From contig DATGDI010000041.1 in assembly GCA_035310965.1 (NCBI GenBank), positions 1 through 32,735 on the forward strand: a DNA stretch of 32,735 nucleotides, given 5' to 3'. The notes below the pieces were generated by a model, which had not been told where the DNA came from, made no database searches, and saw only the letters and a program-made list of their open reading frames with translations. The position numbers and the translations under genes were made by a program. Shown here one piece after another: positions 32,207 through 32,735 of the stretch. The first letter of the stretch is position 1. Each line of letters begins with the position of its first letter. Source of the stretch: Methanomicrobiales archaeon (GTDB lineage Archaea; Halobacteriota; Methanomicrobia; Methanomicrobiales; JACTUA01).

Positions 32207-32590
32207 TCAGGGCGGTGAGGCGGGGCAGCCCCAGGGGCCATACCGGCCGAGGCCCCATTCCCAGGTGTTCGTATCCCGGCAGACCGCGGGTTTCGTCGGG
32301 TGGATGGAACAGAGATACCGGGAGTCATCCGCCTTCACGAGGAAGGGGCAGGCCTCGAGAGAAGTCCCGGTGGTTGGATCGGTCCAGCCGGTGGCGGGTT
32401 CCATGCCCCCCAGCTCTGCATCGGACAGATCCGCAGCTGTCTTCATGGTCCCATCAGGATTCCTGCCTGCGGAAACGTATTGCATGATGTCCCGCCTGCC
32501 TTCCCCGTGCCACCGGAGGAGGTCGGGGACCTTCGCCCAGTGAAAACCCCGGTACTGCAGGCAGCACCACCCGCACTGGATACACGGCAT
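32207..32590 (-). CDS. YkgJ-family (UPF0153, CxxCxxCC) cysteine-cluster protein
   Basis: MPCIQCGWCC at the N-terminus and CPFL....YLCSIHPTKPAVCR later, the two signature blocks of the family. Confidence 0.8.
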   Translation of the reverse strand: MPCIQCGWCCLQYRGFHWAKVPDLLRWHGEGRRDIMQYVSAGRNPDGTMKTAADLSDAELGGMEPATGWTDPTTGTSLEACPFLVKADDSRYLCSIHPTKPAVCRDTNTWEWGLGRYGPWGCPASPP

Positions 32591-32735
32591 CGCGCCCGGT
32601 ACCTCAGCATCCGCAGGGAAATGCCCTTCGGATGGTAGGCTTGGGTTCCCGGATAGTGCGAATCCGGGGTGGGCGGTGAAAAGGGGGCTGTTTCCGGCCG
32701 CTGACCGGGATCCCCGATGATATGTACGACGGCCG

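Overview
GC-rich archaeal chromosomal segment, most likely from a methanogenic euryarchaeon (Methanomicrobiales-like). This is suggested by a thermosome, TiaS, deoxyhypusine synthase, a euryarchaeal RPA pair, a beta-RFAP-synthase-like (methanopterin) gene and TATA-type promoters placed for leaderless or short-leader mRNAs. I support about 30 densely packed protein genes, several with 1-4 nt start/stop overlaps. I recognised no rRNA, tRNA, CRISPR array or IS element. Most of the other long ORFs in the track are alternate-frame or antisense artefacts of high GC (Arg/Pro/Gly-rich translations). Items worth a second look: (1) a co-directional cluster of a radical-SAM/SPASM enzyme, a chorismate-lyase-like::beta-RFAP-synthase-like fusion and an ABC-2 exporter (22314-26851). 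(2) A ~52-nt foldable sequence present twice (16813-16865 and 22211-22262) in two unusually long convergent intergenic regions. (3) A free-standing 120-aa protein that looks like only the Zn-ribbon/glycyl-radical tail of class III ribonucleotide reductase. (4) A soluble Lon-like protease with an off-consensus P-loop, translationally coupled to a UPF0216 gene. (5) A KhtT-like/CPA2/WrbA/DUF45 cluster. (6) A CHASE4-HAMP-PAS sensor that keeps a His-box but has no ATPase domain. (7) A tyrosine-recombinase homologue with apparently non-canonical active-site residues, next to a ~24-unit HEAT array. (8) A small, basic, internally duplicated protein with strong expression signals. None of these can be shown to be novel from the sequence alone. 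All family assignments come from motif recognition by eye, not from searches.
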